A stretch of 64,000 bases of DNA, taken from Mobula hypostoma (Eukaryota). The stretch spans positions 8,434,001-8,498,000 of the forward strand of contig NC_086109.1 of assembly GCF_963921235.1 (NCBI RefSeq). Reading direction: 5' to 3'. Below are positions 11,400 through 23,066 of the stretch, piece by piece. Positions within the stretch are counted from its first letter, which is position 1. Each line of letters starts with the position of its first letter. The notes under the pieces were generated by a model. It was given only the letters and a program-made list of their open reading frames with translations, was not told where the DNA came from and did no database searches. Both the position numbers and the translations under genes were made by a program.

Positions 11400-11900
11400 T
11401 CCAGTTTTTGCCACATTCTAAGAACTTTCTACAGGGGCACAATAGAGAGCATCCTGACTGGCTGTATCACTGTCTGGTTCGGGAACTGTACCTCCCTCAA
11501 TTGCAGGACTCTGCAGAGAGTGGTGCGGACAGCCCAGCACAACTGTTGATATGAACTTCCCACTCTTCAGGACATTTACAGAGACAGGTGTGTAAAAAGG
11601 GCCCGAAGGATCATTGGTGACCCAAGTCACCCCAACCGCAAACTGTTCCAGCTGCTAGCATCTAGGAAACGATACCACAGCATAAAAGCCAGGACCAAAA
11701 GTCTCTGGGACAGCTTCTTCCACCAGGCCATCAGACTGATTAATTCACACTGATACAATTGTATTTCTATGTTATATCAACTATTTTGTTGTACATAATA
11801 TTTATTATAAATTACTATAATTGCACATTGCACATTTGAACGGAGACGTAACATAAAGGTTTTTACTCCTCGTGTATTTGAAGGATGTAAGCAATTCAAA
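11400..11900 (+). mobile_element. Rex1/Babar 3' fragment
   Basis: NFYRGTIESILTGCITVWFGNC..DPSHPNRKLFQLLASRKRY..SFFHQAIRLIN, then a 3' UTR. Confidence 0.8.
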
Positions 11901-12063
11901 TATACTAGTACATGCATGCCCATGTGCAATGAAAAAGTTATTTCAAAATAGATAACATCATACAAGGATCAAGGATCAAGAATACCCTTTATTTGCCATA
12001 TATGTTCAGTGGCACGTTATTGTATACCTCCTTCACCTAAGGAAGTACCACTGAGTGTATGTT

Positions 12064-12497
12064 CACAAACAAGAAAAAATCTTCAGACGCTGGAAATCCG
12101 AGCAATGCACACAAGATGCTGGAGGAACTCAGCAGGCCAGGCAGTACCCACAGAAAAGAATATTGTCAACGTTTCTGGCCGAAACCCTTCGGCAGGACTG
12201 GAGAAAAAAAGATGAGGAGTAGGTTTAAAAGGTGTGGGGAGGGGAGAGGGAAACACAGGGTGATAGGTGAAACCTGAAGGGGGAGGGATGAAGTAAAAAG
12301 CTTGGAAGATGATTGGTGAAGGAGACAGAAGGCCATGGAAGAAAGAAAAGGAAGGAGGAGCACTAGATGGACGAGCAAGGAGATAAAGTGAGAGAGGGAA
12401 AAGGGGATGGGAAATGGTGAAGGAGCTGGGAGGCATTATCAGAAGATCAAGAAATCGATGTTCATACCATCAGGTTGGAGGCTACCCAAACTGAATG
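12064..12497 (-). mobile_element. Penelope-like element 3' end: ORF C-terminus, pyrimidine-rich UTR and hammerhead-like terminus
   Basis: Minus strand FSLGSLQPDGMNIDFLIF* at ~12440-12497 resembles the end of the Penelope GIY-YIG ORF; CAGTC-CTGCCGA-AGGGTTTCGGCCA-GAAACGTT-GAC at ~12165-12200. Confidence 0.75.
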
Positions 12498-12746
12498 TAT
12501 CTTCATGGTCTTCTGCTGCTGTAGCCCCTCCACTTCTAGGTTTGACACGCTGTGCATTCAGAGATGTTCTTCTGCACACCACTGCTGTAACACATGGTTA
12601 CTTGAGTTACTGTCGCCTTCCTGTCAGCTTGAACTACTCTGGCCATTCTCCTCTGACCTCTCTCATTAACAAGGCCTTTTCGCCCACAGAACTGCTGCTC
12701 ACTGAATGATTTTTGTTCTTTGCACCATTCTCTGTAAACTCTAAAG

Positions 12747-12826
12747 CAGGGGTCCCCAACCCGAGATCCATCGACCCCTCGGTTAATGGTCAAGGTCCAT
12801 GGCATAAAAAAGGTTGGGAACCCCTG
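12747..12826. mobile_element. hAT (Charlie-like) MITE, 80 bp
   Basis: TIRs CAGGGGTCCCCAACC / GGTTGGGAACCCCTG; 8-bp imperfect TSD CTCTAAAG / CCCTAGAG. Confidence 0.85.
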
Positions 12827-13019
12827 CCCTAGAGACTGTTGTGCATGAAAATCCCAGGAGATTAACATTATCTGAAATACTCAAATCACCCATCTGACAC
12901 CAACAATCATTCCACAGTCAAAGTCACTGAGATCACATTTATTCTTCCATTCTAATTTTTGGTCTGAGCAGCAACTGAACTTCTTTGTCATGTCTGCATG
13001 CTTTTATGAGGTAGCGTAA

Positions 13020-14697
13020 GAGAGTGTGGTGGCATTAGAAATGATCTTTCAAAAATCATTGGACTCGGGCATGATACCAGAGAACTGGAAAATTGCAAAT
13101 GTTACTCCACTCTTTAAGAAGTAGGAAGGCAGCAAAAAGGAAATTATAGACCAGCTAGCCTGACCTCAGTGGTTGGGAAGATGTTAAGGATGAGGTGATG
13201 GGCTTCTTGATGATACAGGACAGGATAGGACAAAGTCAGCATGGCTTCCTTCAGGGAAAATACTGCCTGACGAACCTGTTGGAATTCTTTGAGGAGATTA
13301 CAAGTAGGATCGATAAATGGGATGCAGTGGATATTGTACATTTGGATTTTCAGAAGGCCTTTGGCAAGGTACCACACATGAGGCTGCTTACCAAGTTAAG
13401 AGCCCATGGTATTTCAGGAAAGTTGCTAACATGGTTAGCGCATTGGCTGATTGGTAGGAGGCAATGAGTGGGAATAAAAGGATCCTTTTATGGTTGGCTG
13501 CCAGTGACTAGTGGTGTTCCACAGGGGTTGGTGTTGGGACTGTTTCTTTTTATGCTGAATATAAATAACTTAGACGATAGAATAGACAACTTTGTTGCCA
13601 AGTTTGCAGATGATACGAAGATTGGTGGAGGGGCAGGTAGTTTTGAGGAAACAAGTAGGCTGCAGAAGGATTTGGACAGATTAGGAGAATGGGAAACAAA
13701 ATGTCAAATGAAATACAATGTTGGAAAATACATGGTCATGCACTATGGTAGTAGAAATAAATGTGTGGACTATTTTCTAAACGGGGAGAAAATCCAGGAA
13801 TCTGAGATGCAGAGGGACTTGGGAGTCCTTGTGCAGACCACTCTGAAGCTGAACTTGCAGGTTGAGTCAGTGGGGAAGATGGCAAATGCAATGTTCACAT
13901 TCATTTCAAGAGGTCTAGAATACAAGAGCAGGGATGTGATGCTGAGACTTAATAAGGCACTGGTGAGGCCTCACCTTGAGATTCGTGAACAGTTTTGGGC
14001 CCCTTATCTTAGAAAAGATGCGCTGGCATTGGAGAGAGTCCAGAGGAGGTTCACAAGGATGATTTGAGGAATGAAAGGGTTATCAAACAAGGAATGTCTG
14101 ATGGCTCTGGACCTGTACCAGAGTTAGATAGAGCTCCTAAAGATAGCGGAGTCAAGGGATATGGGGAGAAGTCAGGAACAGGGTACTCATTGTGGATGAT
14201 CAGCCATGATCACAGTGAATGGCGGTGCCAGCTCGAAGGGCCGAATGGCCTACTCCTGCACCTGTTGTCTATTGTACTCGCTGGAATTCAGAAGGATGAG
14301 GAGGTATCTCATTGAAACCTTTTGAATGTTGAAAGGCCTAGACAAAGTAGATGTGGAAAGGATGTTTCCCATGGTGAGAGACTCTAGGACAAGAGGGCAC
14401 AGCCTCATGATAAAGGGGCGCCCTTTCAAAACAGAGATGCGAAGAAATTTCTGAGCCAAAGGGTGGTGAGTTTGTGGAATTTGTTGCCACATGCAGCTGT
14501 GGAGGCCAGGTTGTTGGGTGTATTTAAGGCAGAGATTGATAGGTTCTTGATTCGACACGGCATCAAAGGTTACGGGGAGAAGGCCAGGAACTGGGGTTGA
14601 GGAGGAGATAGAAAAAAATGATCAGCCATGATTGAATGGTGGAGCAGGCTTGATGGGTCAGATAGCCTAATTCTGCTCCTATGCCTTATGGTCTTAT
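13020..14697 (+). mobile_element. CR1 LINE, 5'-truncated ORF2 (RT) with 3' tail; a second short CR1 3' piece is nested at ~14118-14272
   Basis: SQHGFLQGKYCLTNLLEFFEE, LDFQKAFGKVPH, VTSGVPQG, KFADDTKIGG, LVRPHLE; tail TTATGGTCTTATG. Confidence 0.92.
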
Positions 14698-15309
14698 GTA
14701 CAGGTGTACCTAATAAAGGGCCTACTGAGAGTATATTTAAATGTTTTAGGAATTTGCTGTGCTGTATTATAACAAAAAATGAGATCATTGAACAATTATA
14801 AAAAAGTAAAGAATTCTGTAAAAGATAAAGTCAGAGGTTAAAGTACAGTTATGGATAAAACGTGCATAAGTAAGTAAATATCAACATATATTTACAATGT
14901 AAACAGCTTTGTAAATAGTGGCTTTAAAGTGATGTAAGCAGCAAGCAGCATTCACAAGAAATGAACATGAATTATTCATCATTTTTGCAGAAAGAACACA
15001 ATTAGAACAAAGCCCAATGTAGTTCAAAGTGGTCAGAGTGTTGTTAAACTCTTGTGACTTTGTGCTGGTTGGTTCAAGAGCTGAATGGTTGAAGGGAACT
15101 AACTGTTCCTGAACCTGGTGGTGTGGGACTTCAGGCTTCTGTACCTCTTGCCCGATGGTTGCTGCAAAAAGATGGCGTCCCAGATGACAGGGATCTTTGA
15201 TCTTCAGTCAGTGCGTCCAGTAGATGCTACTGTCAGTTGGGTGGGAAGTGCTCGTGATATATCGGTCTGAGTCCAATATTCTTTGTAGTTTCTTATGATC
15301 CTGCACATT

Positions 15310-15810
15310 TGGGTATGGAAACCATAGAAAGGGTGCAGAGGAGATTTACAAGGATGTCGCCTGGATTGGGGAGCATGCCTTATGAGAATAGGTTGAGTGA
15401 ACTCGGCCTTTTCTCCTTGGAGTGACGGAGGATGAGAGGTGACGTGACAGAGGTGTACAAGATGATGAGAGGCATTGATCGTGTGGATAGTCAGAGGCTT
15501 TTTCCCAGGGCTAAAATGGCTAACACGAGAGGTTAACACAGTTTTAAGGTGCTTGGAAGTAGGTACAGAGGAGATGTCAGGGGTAAGTTTTTTACGCAGA
15601 GAGTGGTGAGTGCGTGGAATGGGCTGCCGGCGACGGTGTGGAGGCGGATACAATAGGGTCTTTTAAGAGACTCCTGGATGGGTACATGGAGCTTAGATAA
15701 ATAGAGGGCTATGGGTAAAGTAGTTCTAAGGTAAGGACATGTTCGGCACAGCATTGTGGGCTGAAGAGCCTGTATTGTGCTGTATGTTTTCAGTGTTTCT
15801 GTGTTTCTAT
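15310..15810 (+). mobile_element. CR1 LINE 3' fragment
   Basis: IERVQRRFTRMSPGL..RMRGDVTEVYKMMRGIDRVD..FFTQRVVSAWNGLP, then a 3' UTR with TGTTTCT repeats. Confidence 0.85.
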
Positions 15811-15819
15811 TCAAACCCT

Positions 15820-16108
15820 AGGGCACGGTAGCATAGTGGTTAGCACAACAATTTTCAGTACCGGGGACCTGGGTTCAATGTCTATGTGGAGTTTGCACAT
15901 TCTCCTCGTGATCACACGGGTTTCCCCCGGATGCTCTGGTTTCCTCCCCACAGTCCAACCAGTTAGTTGGTTAATCGGTCGTTGTAAATTGTCCCCTGGT
16001 TAGACTTGAGTTAAATTGGGGCATTGCTGGGTGGCACGGCGCGAAGGGCTGTATTCATCATTGAATCTCAATAGATAAACAAACAAACAAACAAATAAAT
16101 AAATAAAA
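15820..16108 (+). mobile_element. V-SINE (HE1-like) tRNA-derived SINE
   Basis: A box TAGCATAGTGG, B box GGTTCAAT, V-domain GTGGAGTTTGCACATTCTCC..GGTTTCCTCCCCACAGTCCAA, (AAAC)/(AAAT) tail. Confidence 0.8.
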
Positions 16109-16715
16109 ATTACGCGACTATGATACAACCAGTCCGGAAACTTTCAACAGAACATCGCTGAAGTTTGTTAGATTGCTTGGTGATAAATCCAACCACCTTA
16201 ACCTTCTAACAAGTTTCAATTTTAGTATCATCTGCCCAGTGGGAGGGGATGGAAGAGAGATTGTCCCAGGTGGGTGGGAGCATTGATCATACTGACTGCT
16301 TTACCGAGGCAGTGAGAAGTCTAGACAGAGTCAGGGGAAAGGAGACCAGTTTCCGTGACGTGATCAGCTGTGTCTGCAGATCTCTGCAGTTTCTCGTAGT
16401 CGCGGGCAGACCAGTTGTCATACCCAAACATAACGCATCCAGACAGGATGCTCTCTATGGTGCATCAATAAAATCTGGAGACAGTAGACATGCAGAGGGT
16501 GTTTCCAGTAATGGTAGAGATTAGGACCAGAGGGCACAGCCTCAGAATAGGAGGAACTGAGATGAGGAGGAATTTCTTCTGCCAGAGGGTGTGCTGTTCG
16601 GGCCGTGACATGCAACACAAAAAATAAAAACAACATCCAATAATTGTAAAGAATAAAGGATTATATGAAAAAATAAGTTTAGGGGTTAAAGTACAAATAT
16701 GGAATAAAATGTGCA

Positions 16716-17098
16716 TTTCATTCATTCATTCTGTGCTGTGTTATACGACATGACCATGATTGTTCCTGGCAAATTTTTCCACAGAAGTGGTCTGCCATTA
16801 CCTTCTTCTGGGGAGTGCTTTACAAGACGGGTGACCCTAGCCATTATCAATACTCTTTAGAGATTGTCTGCCTGGCGTCAGTGGTCGTATAACCAGGAGT
16901 TGTGATGTGCACCAGCTTCTCATACGACCATCTGCTCCCATGGCTTCATGTGACCCTGATCTTGGCGGGGGGGGGGAGGGGTCACGCTAAACAAGTGCTA
17001 CACTTTGACACCTTGGCCAAGGGTGATCTGCAGGCTAGTGGGGGGAAGGAGAGCCTTACACCTCCTTTGGTAGAGACATAGCTCCACCCCACCATCCC
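16716..17098 (-). mobile_element. Non-autonomous RTE-related element with a Bov-A/Sauria-SINE-like module (copy 1 of 4)
   Basis: Same sequence as 27371-27752, 28912-29314 and 36625-36992; short-repeat tail. Confidence 0.7.
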
Positions 17099-17107
17099 AA
17101 ATTTACA

Positions 17108-17440
17108 TAAAGGGGTGATTGATAAGTTTGAGGCCTAAGGTAGAAGGAGATGAGTTATACAGCTCTCGTTAAATGCACGTGCAGTTCAAATCTTTGAGTG
17201 AAAATACAGAAAGTTTTAAGTTTCTCCTCATCTCCTTCTACTTTAGGCCACAAACTTATCAATCGCCCCTGCTGTGGACCACTTTCTGGAGGTCCAAGAC
17301 GCTGACTTCGACAAAGAAGGGATCCGTATGCTCCACGACCGCTGGACTAAGTGTGTAAATGTAGGAACAATAAATGTGCTAGGTTTTCAAAAATTGATTC
17401 CTTCTACCTTCAGCCACGGACTTATCAATCACCCCTCGTA
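17108..17440 (+). mobile_element. Tc1/mariner internal-deletion derivative
   Basis: TIRs AGGGGTGATTGATAAGTT..AAGGTAGAAGGA and TCCTTCTACCTT..CTTATCAATCACCCCTCG, ending in TA; internal FLEVQDADFDKEGIRMLHDRWTKCVNVG resembles a mariner transposase C-terminus. Confidence 0.8.
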
Positions 17441-17619
17441 AATACCTGCATATCTTTACAATGTAAACAGCATTATAAACAGCGGTTTAAAGTGTTTACA
17501 GTGCAGTGACAGAGGTAATAAATAGAGGGGGTGGGGGCTAACTAGAATGGTTGATCAGATTAACTGCCTGGGGGAATAAACTTTTAAGATGGCGCAGATT
17601 TTGTTTTATAACCCTCGCA

Positions 17620-19079
17620 CTTTCATTTTAAATCTATCCCTGGCCCAGGCAGTTGCCCCCACAAGCTTCAAGATTACCACCATCGTGCCAGTGCTGAAGC
17701 ATTCCACTGCCACGGGCCTGAATGACTTCAGTCCAGTTGCACTCACCCCCATCATTGCAAAGTGCTTTGAGAGACTGGTTCTATCACATCTGAAATCCTG
17801 TCTGCCCACTAGCTTGGACCCCCATCAATTTGCCTATCACACCAACAGGTCAACAGAGGACGCCATCTCCACAGCACTTCACTCTGCCCTGACCCACCTG
17901 GACAGCCCCAACTCTCACGTCAGAATGCTGTTCATTGACTTTAGTTCGGCATTCAATACTGTGATACCCTCCAAGCTGATCGCCAAACTTCGCCAGCTTG
18001 GTATCAGCTCATCCCTCTGCAATTGCACCTTGGACTTTCTGACTAACAGACCCAAATCAGTTAAGTTAGACAACCTCTCCTCCTCCACTCTCACCCTGAA
18101 CACTGGCGTGCCTCAAGGCTGTGTGCTGAGCCCTCTTCTGTACTCCCTTTTCACCTATGACTGCGTTCTTGTACATGGTTCTAACTCCATAATCAAGTTC
18201 GCAGACGACACCACGGTGGTTGGCCTGGTCAGAGGGGATGACGAGACGGCCTACAGGGATAAGGTTCAGCACCTGGCCGCGTGGTGTGCCGACAACAACC
18301 TGGCCCTTAACACCCAGAAGACCAAGGAGATCATTGTGGACTTCAGGCATGCTAGGAGCCACACTCATGTCCCCATCTACAGCAACGGAGCTGTAGTGGA
18401 GCCTGTATCAAGCTTCAAATTCCTCGGTGTCTACATTTCTGAGGATCTCATATGGTCCCTGAACTCCTCCATCCTGATCAAAAAGGCGCAACAGTGCCTT
18501 TATTTCCTGCGGAGCATGAAGAAAGTTCACCTCTGTCCCAGGATACTGATGGACTTTTACCGCTGTACCATTGAGAGCATACTCACCAACCGCATCTCAG
18601 TGTGGTATGGCAATTGTCCCGTATCAGACCGCAAAGCACTCCAGCGTGTGGTGAAAACTGTCCAGCGGATTATCGGCACCCAATTGCCCACCATTGAGAA
18701 CATCTACCATAAACGCTACCTGGGCAGGGTGAAAAACATTATTAAGGATGCATCTCACCCTAACCATGGACTTTTTACTCTCCTCCCATCCGGTAGGCAC
18801 TACAGGAGCCTCCGCTCCCACACCAGCAGGCACAGGAAGAGCTTCTTCCCTGAGGCTGTGACCCTGCTGAACCTCACATCACAGCGCTAAGCAGTATTGT
18901 ACCCATATTGTACTGTCTCAGTACTTTTATATTTGTGTGCTGTAGCACTTCTTTTATTCGCAGTTATTTTGTAAATAACACTATTCTTTGCATTTCTGGT
19001 CAGATGCCAAATGCATTTCATTGGCTTTGTATCTGTACTCGGCACAATGACAATAAAGTTGAATCTAATCTAATCTAAT
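17620..19079 (+). mobile_element. Rex1/Babar LINE, 5'-truncated, uninterrupted RT ORF (17589-18890) with complete 3' end
   Basis: 433-aa open frame: [56 protein letters not shown] followed by an (AATCT)n tail. Confidence 0.95.
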
Positions 19080-19697
19080 ATTCAGCATGCACCACCCCCA
19101 CATGACATTCATGAGTTATGTTAAGGGGCGGACAGGCGAAAGATTTGTAGAGCTTATTCAAATTTCTCATATTAGAGGCAGATGGAGGACCATGATCTCC
19201 CATGTCATATAACACAGCACACAAGGATAATGACAATGATGTTAGCACCTTACAGAAGGGAGATTTTGCAAAAAAGGCAGTTTGCTGGGTGGGTGGTGTC
19301 TGCAATGGTTTGTCCTGAACGCATTGAGGTCCTGCAGTGACCTTTTCTGCTGACCTGACTGCCTATTGTAGTTTTTGTATATTGTGAGGCTAAGGCTCCT
19401 GTACCTCATGTCCAATGGTAATATGGATGCTGCTTTCTTGTGGCAGCATTCCCTGCAAATGAGCTCCAGGGTGGGGAGCACTTTGCCTGTGATAGACTGA
19501 GCTGAATCCACCACTTTCTGGAGGCTTACTCCTACCCACCAGCTTCCCTTTATTCTATGGTCCACTGTCCTTTCCTATCAGATCCCACCTTCTTCAGTCC
19601 TTTGTCACTTCCACCTATCACCTCCCAGCTTCTTACATCATTCCCACTCTTCACCCCCTCCCACCTGCTTAACTTTTCCCCTCCTCTTTTTACACTG

Positions 19698-19930
19698 TGT
19701 TGGCGCGTGGCCAAGTAGTTAAGGCGTTCGTCTAGTGATCTCAAGGTCGCTAGTTCGAGCCTCAGCTGTGGCAGTGTGTTTGTGCCCTTGAGTAAGGCAC
19801 TTAATCACACATTGCTCTAGTCTGTGTGAGGAGTGGCGCCCACACGGACTTCCAATCTGCGCCTTGTAAGGCATGAAAGTGCCCAACGCAGGCCTCTCAT
19901 GGTCTGAGTTGGTGTTCCTTCCCCCCGCCT
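19698..19930 (+). mobile_element. tRNA-derived SINE (tail type B) inserted into a Penelope 3' UTR
   Basis: Same head as 4218-4516 but a different tail; flanked by a duplicated CTTTTTACACTG. Confidence 0.8.
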
Positions 19931-20728
19931 CCCCCTCCCTTTTTTACACTGGCTATCTCCCCTCTTTCTTCCCAGTCCAGATGAAGGGTCTTGACCCAAA
20001 GCATCGACTGTCATTTCACTCCACATTTGCTGCCTGACCTTGCTGATTTCCTCCAGCGTCTTGTGTGTGTTGCTCCAGCTTTCCAGCACCTGGACGCCAA
20101 CGCCACTACGGACAGGGTGTCAGAGTTTGTAGTTCAATTCTGACATCACCTGTAAAGGCTTTCTGCATGCCCTCCGCACAGAATGCATGGGTTTCCTCTG
20201 GGCGTTCTGGTTTCATCCCACAGTCCAAAGACGTACCGGTTAGTAGGTTAATCGGTCACTGTAAACTGTCCCGTGATTAGGCCAGGGTTAAGTAGGTGAG
20301 TTGCTAGGCAGTGAGGCTCGTTGGGCGAGGAGGGCCTGTTCCAGGCTGCCCCTCTAAATAATCAACGAATAAATCTGCAGCATCTTTTGAGTTTCCAGCC
20401 TTTTCGGTTATTTTTAATTACCGGGATCTACAGTTTCTGTTAGAGTTTCACACTCTGGTCAACCACCCAGTCCCAGGATGACGCGCAATTATTTTTTTTT
20501 CATCTTGTCAGTCACACCCACATCCTCAGAGCTCGGTGGGGGTGGTTGAATCAGCCTCCTCATCTGTAAGTGCTTAGGAAACAGAACATAGAACAGTCCG
20601 GTACAGTACAGGCTCTTTGCCCCACGCTGTTACACCGACCGTTTAACCCACTCTGAGATCAATCTAACCCCTCCCTCCCATGTAGCCCTCCATTTCTCTG
20701 TCATGCATGTCCCTGTCTAAGAGTCTCT

Positions 20729-21157
20729 CACTTACTTACGGCTCGATACGCCGCTGGCACTTAGAGCAGCAGTGAAGGTCCTCCATCTCTAGCGGCGTTC
20801 CGGGCTTCCTTCATTATGTCAGCACCTTCCTCTCGGTTTTCACTACGGTCGGTCATGCAAGTCCCAGGCGGAGGCTCAGGAACACCGTCGCACTCAGGTG
20901 TAGAAGGATTTTTTGTTGCTGTTCCCATAACAGTTTTGTTTCACCGGTCAGGGTTGTTAGCCCTGAGCTGAACCCCCGAACCTGGAGGACCGGTGACGCA
21001 CTCTCAGTCTGGCCTCTACCCTTTGACCTGTTCGGCACGGGTGACCCTACCAAGAGCCAAAGCATAAAGCCCCGACTCCAGGCAAAACATAGCTCCCCGG
21101 GTCAGTGAGGCACGCAAGCCTCCAAACTCAAAGACAAGGTTGTTGTCGTCTTGGAGG
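20729..21157 (-). mobile_element. Bipartite RTE (Rex3/Expander-like) derivative: 5' UTR joined to 3' end
   Basis: 10-bp TSD AAGAGTCTCT (20719-20728, 21158-21167); (TAAG)n tail; 5' part GGTAGGGTCACCCGTGCCGAACAGGTC resembles Rex3/Expander 5' UTRs. Confidence 0.75.
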
Positions 21158-21587
21158 AAGAGTCTCTTAAATGTCTCTTCCTTCAACGATCACCCTTAGC
21201 AGTGTGTTCCATGCACCCACCACTCTCTGGTGAAAAAAAATTACCTCCGACATCCCCTCCAACTACCTTAGGGTTATTCCCCCCAACCCCATATTAGCCA
21301 TTTCTGCCTCGGTTTTCTAGCAAGCACTAAATGAGGGACGAAGGAATTTACAAAATGGTCAGTGGGGATGGGGTCACTTTATTTCTTATGCAAAGCCCCA
21401 AAAGACAGCCTGCAACTTCTGTGACATTGGTCTGTGTGTAAAATGAATGACTTCCTGTCTCTCTGTGCACAAAGGATAACTTGGTAAACAGCTGAACGAT
21501 GCAGCTAAAACCACCATTCGGTGTCGAAGACGTTTCTGTCAAATTAATCTGCTCTGTTCTGACATAAAACTGCCGAGAGGCGTGAAA

Positions 21588-21598
21588 GGAAATTCCCC
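21588..21598 (-). promoter_or_regulatory. NF-kB consensus site GGGGAATTTCC in a unique-sequence island
   Basis: Exact match to GGGRNWYYCC; motif only. Confidence 0.4.
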
Positions 21599-22830
21599 AG
21601 TTCCGGCTCGGCAACTGCAAATGAGAATTGAGGGCCAGAAACAGTAAACAATTACCACGTTGACGTTTAAAGGTTTCGATGCAGATGGCGAGAAGGCATT
21701 AAACTGTTTGATCTTTACTCTGTTCGATGAATTTGATTGAATTATTATAAAACTGCAGGAAGGAATACTTATTTTATTTGAAAGGACCTCATGTTCTGCA
21801 ACATCTTTGAGTTCTCCACGTGCGTGTTTCTCTCACACGTCCGAAACGGCTGTGAAGAAGATGACTATGGTTGGAAGTTGCCTGGAAGACTGGGATGCTG
21901 ATGTGTTAGAGAGCAAGGTACTTTTTTTGCTTTTAAAGCTGAATGTGTGGGAAGCAGACTTTGAAGTGCAGATACGCTTGCAGGTGTATTTTTGGATAAC
22001 TCCTCTGTTATTTTACTTGTGCAAAGACACGGTGAAATGATATAGCACCAAGGAGGACTGTTGAGGAGGAATGCCTTTGGCCAGAGGGTGCTGAATCTGT
22101 GGAATTCATGGCCACAGATGGCTGTGGAGGCCAAGTTGTTGGGTATATTTAAGGTGGAGGTTGATAGGTTGTTGATAAGTAAAGATGTTAAAAGTTACAG
22201 GGAGAAGGCAGGAGAATGGGGTTAAGGGGAATGATAAATCAGCCGTGATGGAATGGTGGAGGAGACTCAAAGGGCCGAATGGCCTGATTCTGCTCAGTCT
22301 CTTCTAGACTATATCTACACTCTTGATGCCCTTTGGTGGTCCTTTGAATCCTCACTGCATGAGAGAGAGAGGTGTGGACATACAGAGATATGGAGAAAGG
22401 GTGCAAAGAGATGGACTTTATTTTCTGTAGTGGGAAGCATACACTTCCAAGCCATCCCACGATAAATAAAAACAAAATTCACCAGAAATAAAACATTAGA
22501 GTTTCTGAACCATGTGGGGCATAGATTTTCAACTGTTCCTGAAAGCCATTGCATAGAGGAAGCATGTGCTGGCATGCATGCTGGTTCTGTGTTATTCTGA
22601 CAACCTTGCTGAGGTGGTTATATTTATTTTCCTTGTGCTTACAAATTCCTTTCGCTTCTGGCTGGCACAAAAATGGGTGGAAGGGCTTTCTGTCCTGTAT
22701 TCATTAGCTCCTCTGACCCTTCCATAAAAACCCAAACCACGGAAAAGTGTGTTGTATTAACTCACAGGAGGTATTATGATGTTGAGGTATTGATTAATTT
22801 AACTTAGTTAAATTATTGAGTTATTGAACT

Positions 22831-23066
22831 AATCACCAGTGTTCCAGACTACTGATCTGCATTCAAATCTCACCAGGGTTCTAGATCTCTGATTTGTGTT
22901 CAAATCTCATTGGTGTTCAAGATCTCTGAGCTGCATTCGAATACCACAAGGGTTCTAGAACACCGAACAATGTTCAACTCTTGCCAAAGTTCTAGAACAA
23001 CGGGCCATGTCCAATTCTCACTGGGGTTCCAAAACACTGCTCTGTGTTCACATCTCACCAGGGTTG
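22831..23066. repeat. Degenerate minisatellite, ~37-bp unit, ~6 copies
   Basis: Unit approximately CTCACCAGGGTTCTAGATCTCTGATTTGTGTTCAAAT. Confidence 0.8.

Noticed and set aside
19973..20010. Active hammerhead ribozyme at this copy (likewise ~25390, ~48840, ~56660)
   Set aside because: Core nucleotides are mutated (e.g. CAGATGA, AAAG instead of GAAA); counted only as decayed family members.
22831..23066. CRISPR-like array
   Set aside because: Head-to-tail diverged units without unique spacers, vertebrate context, no cas genes.
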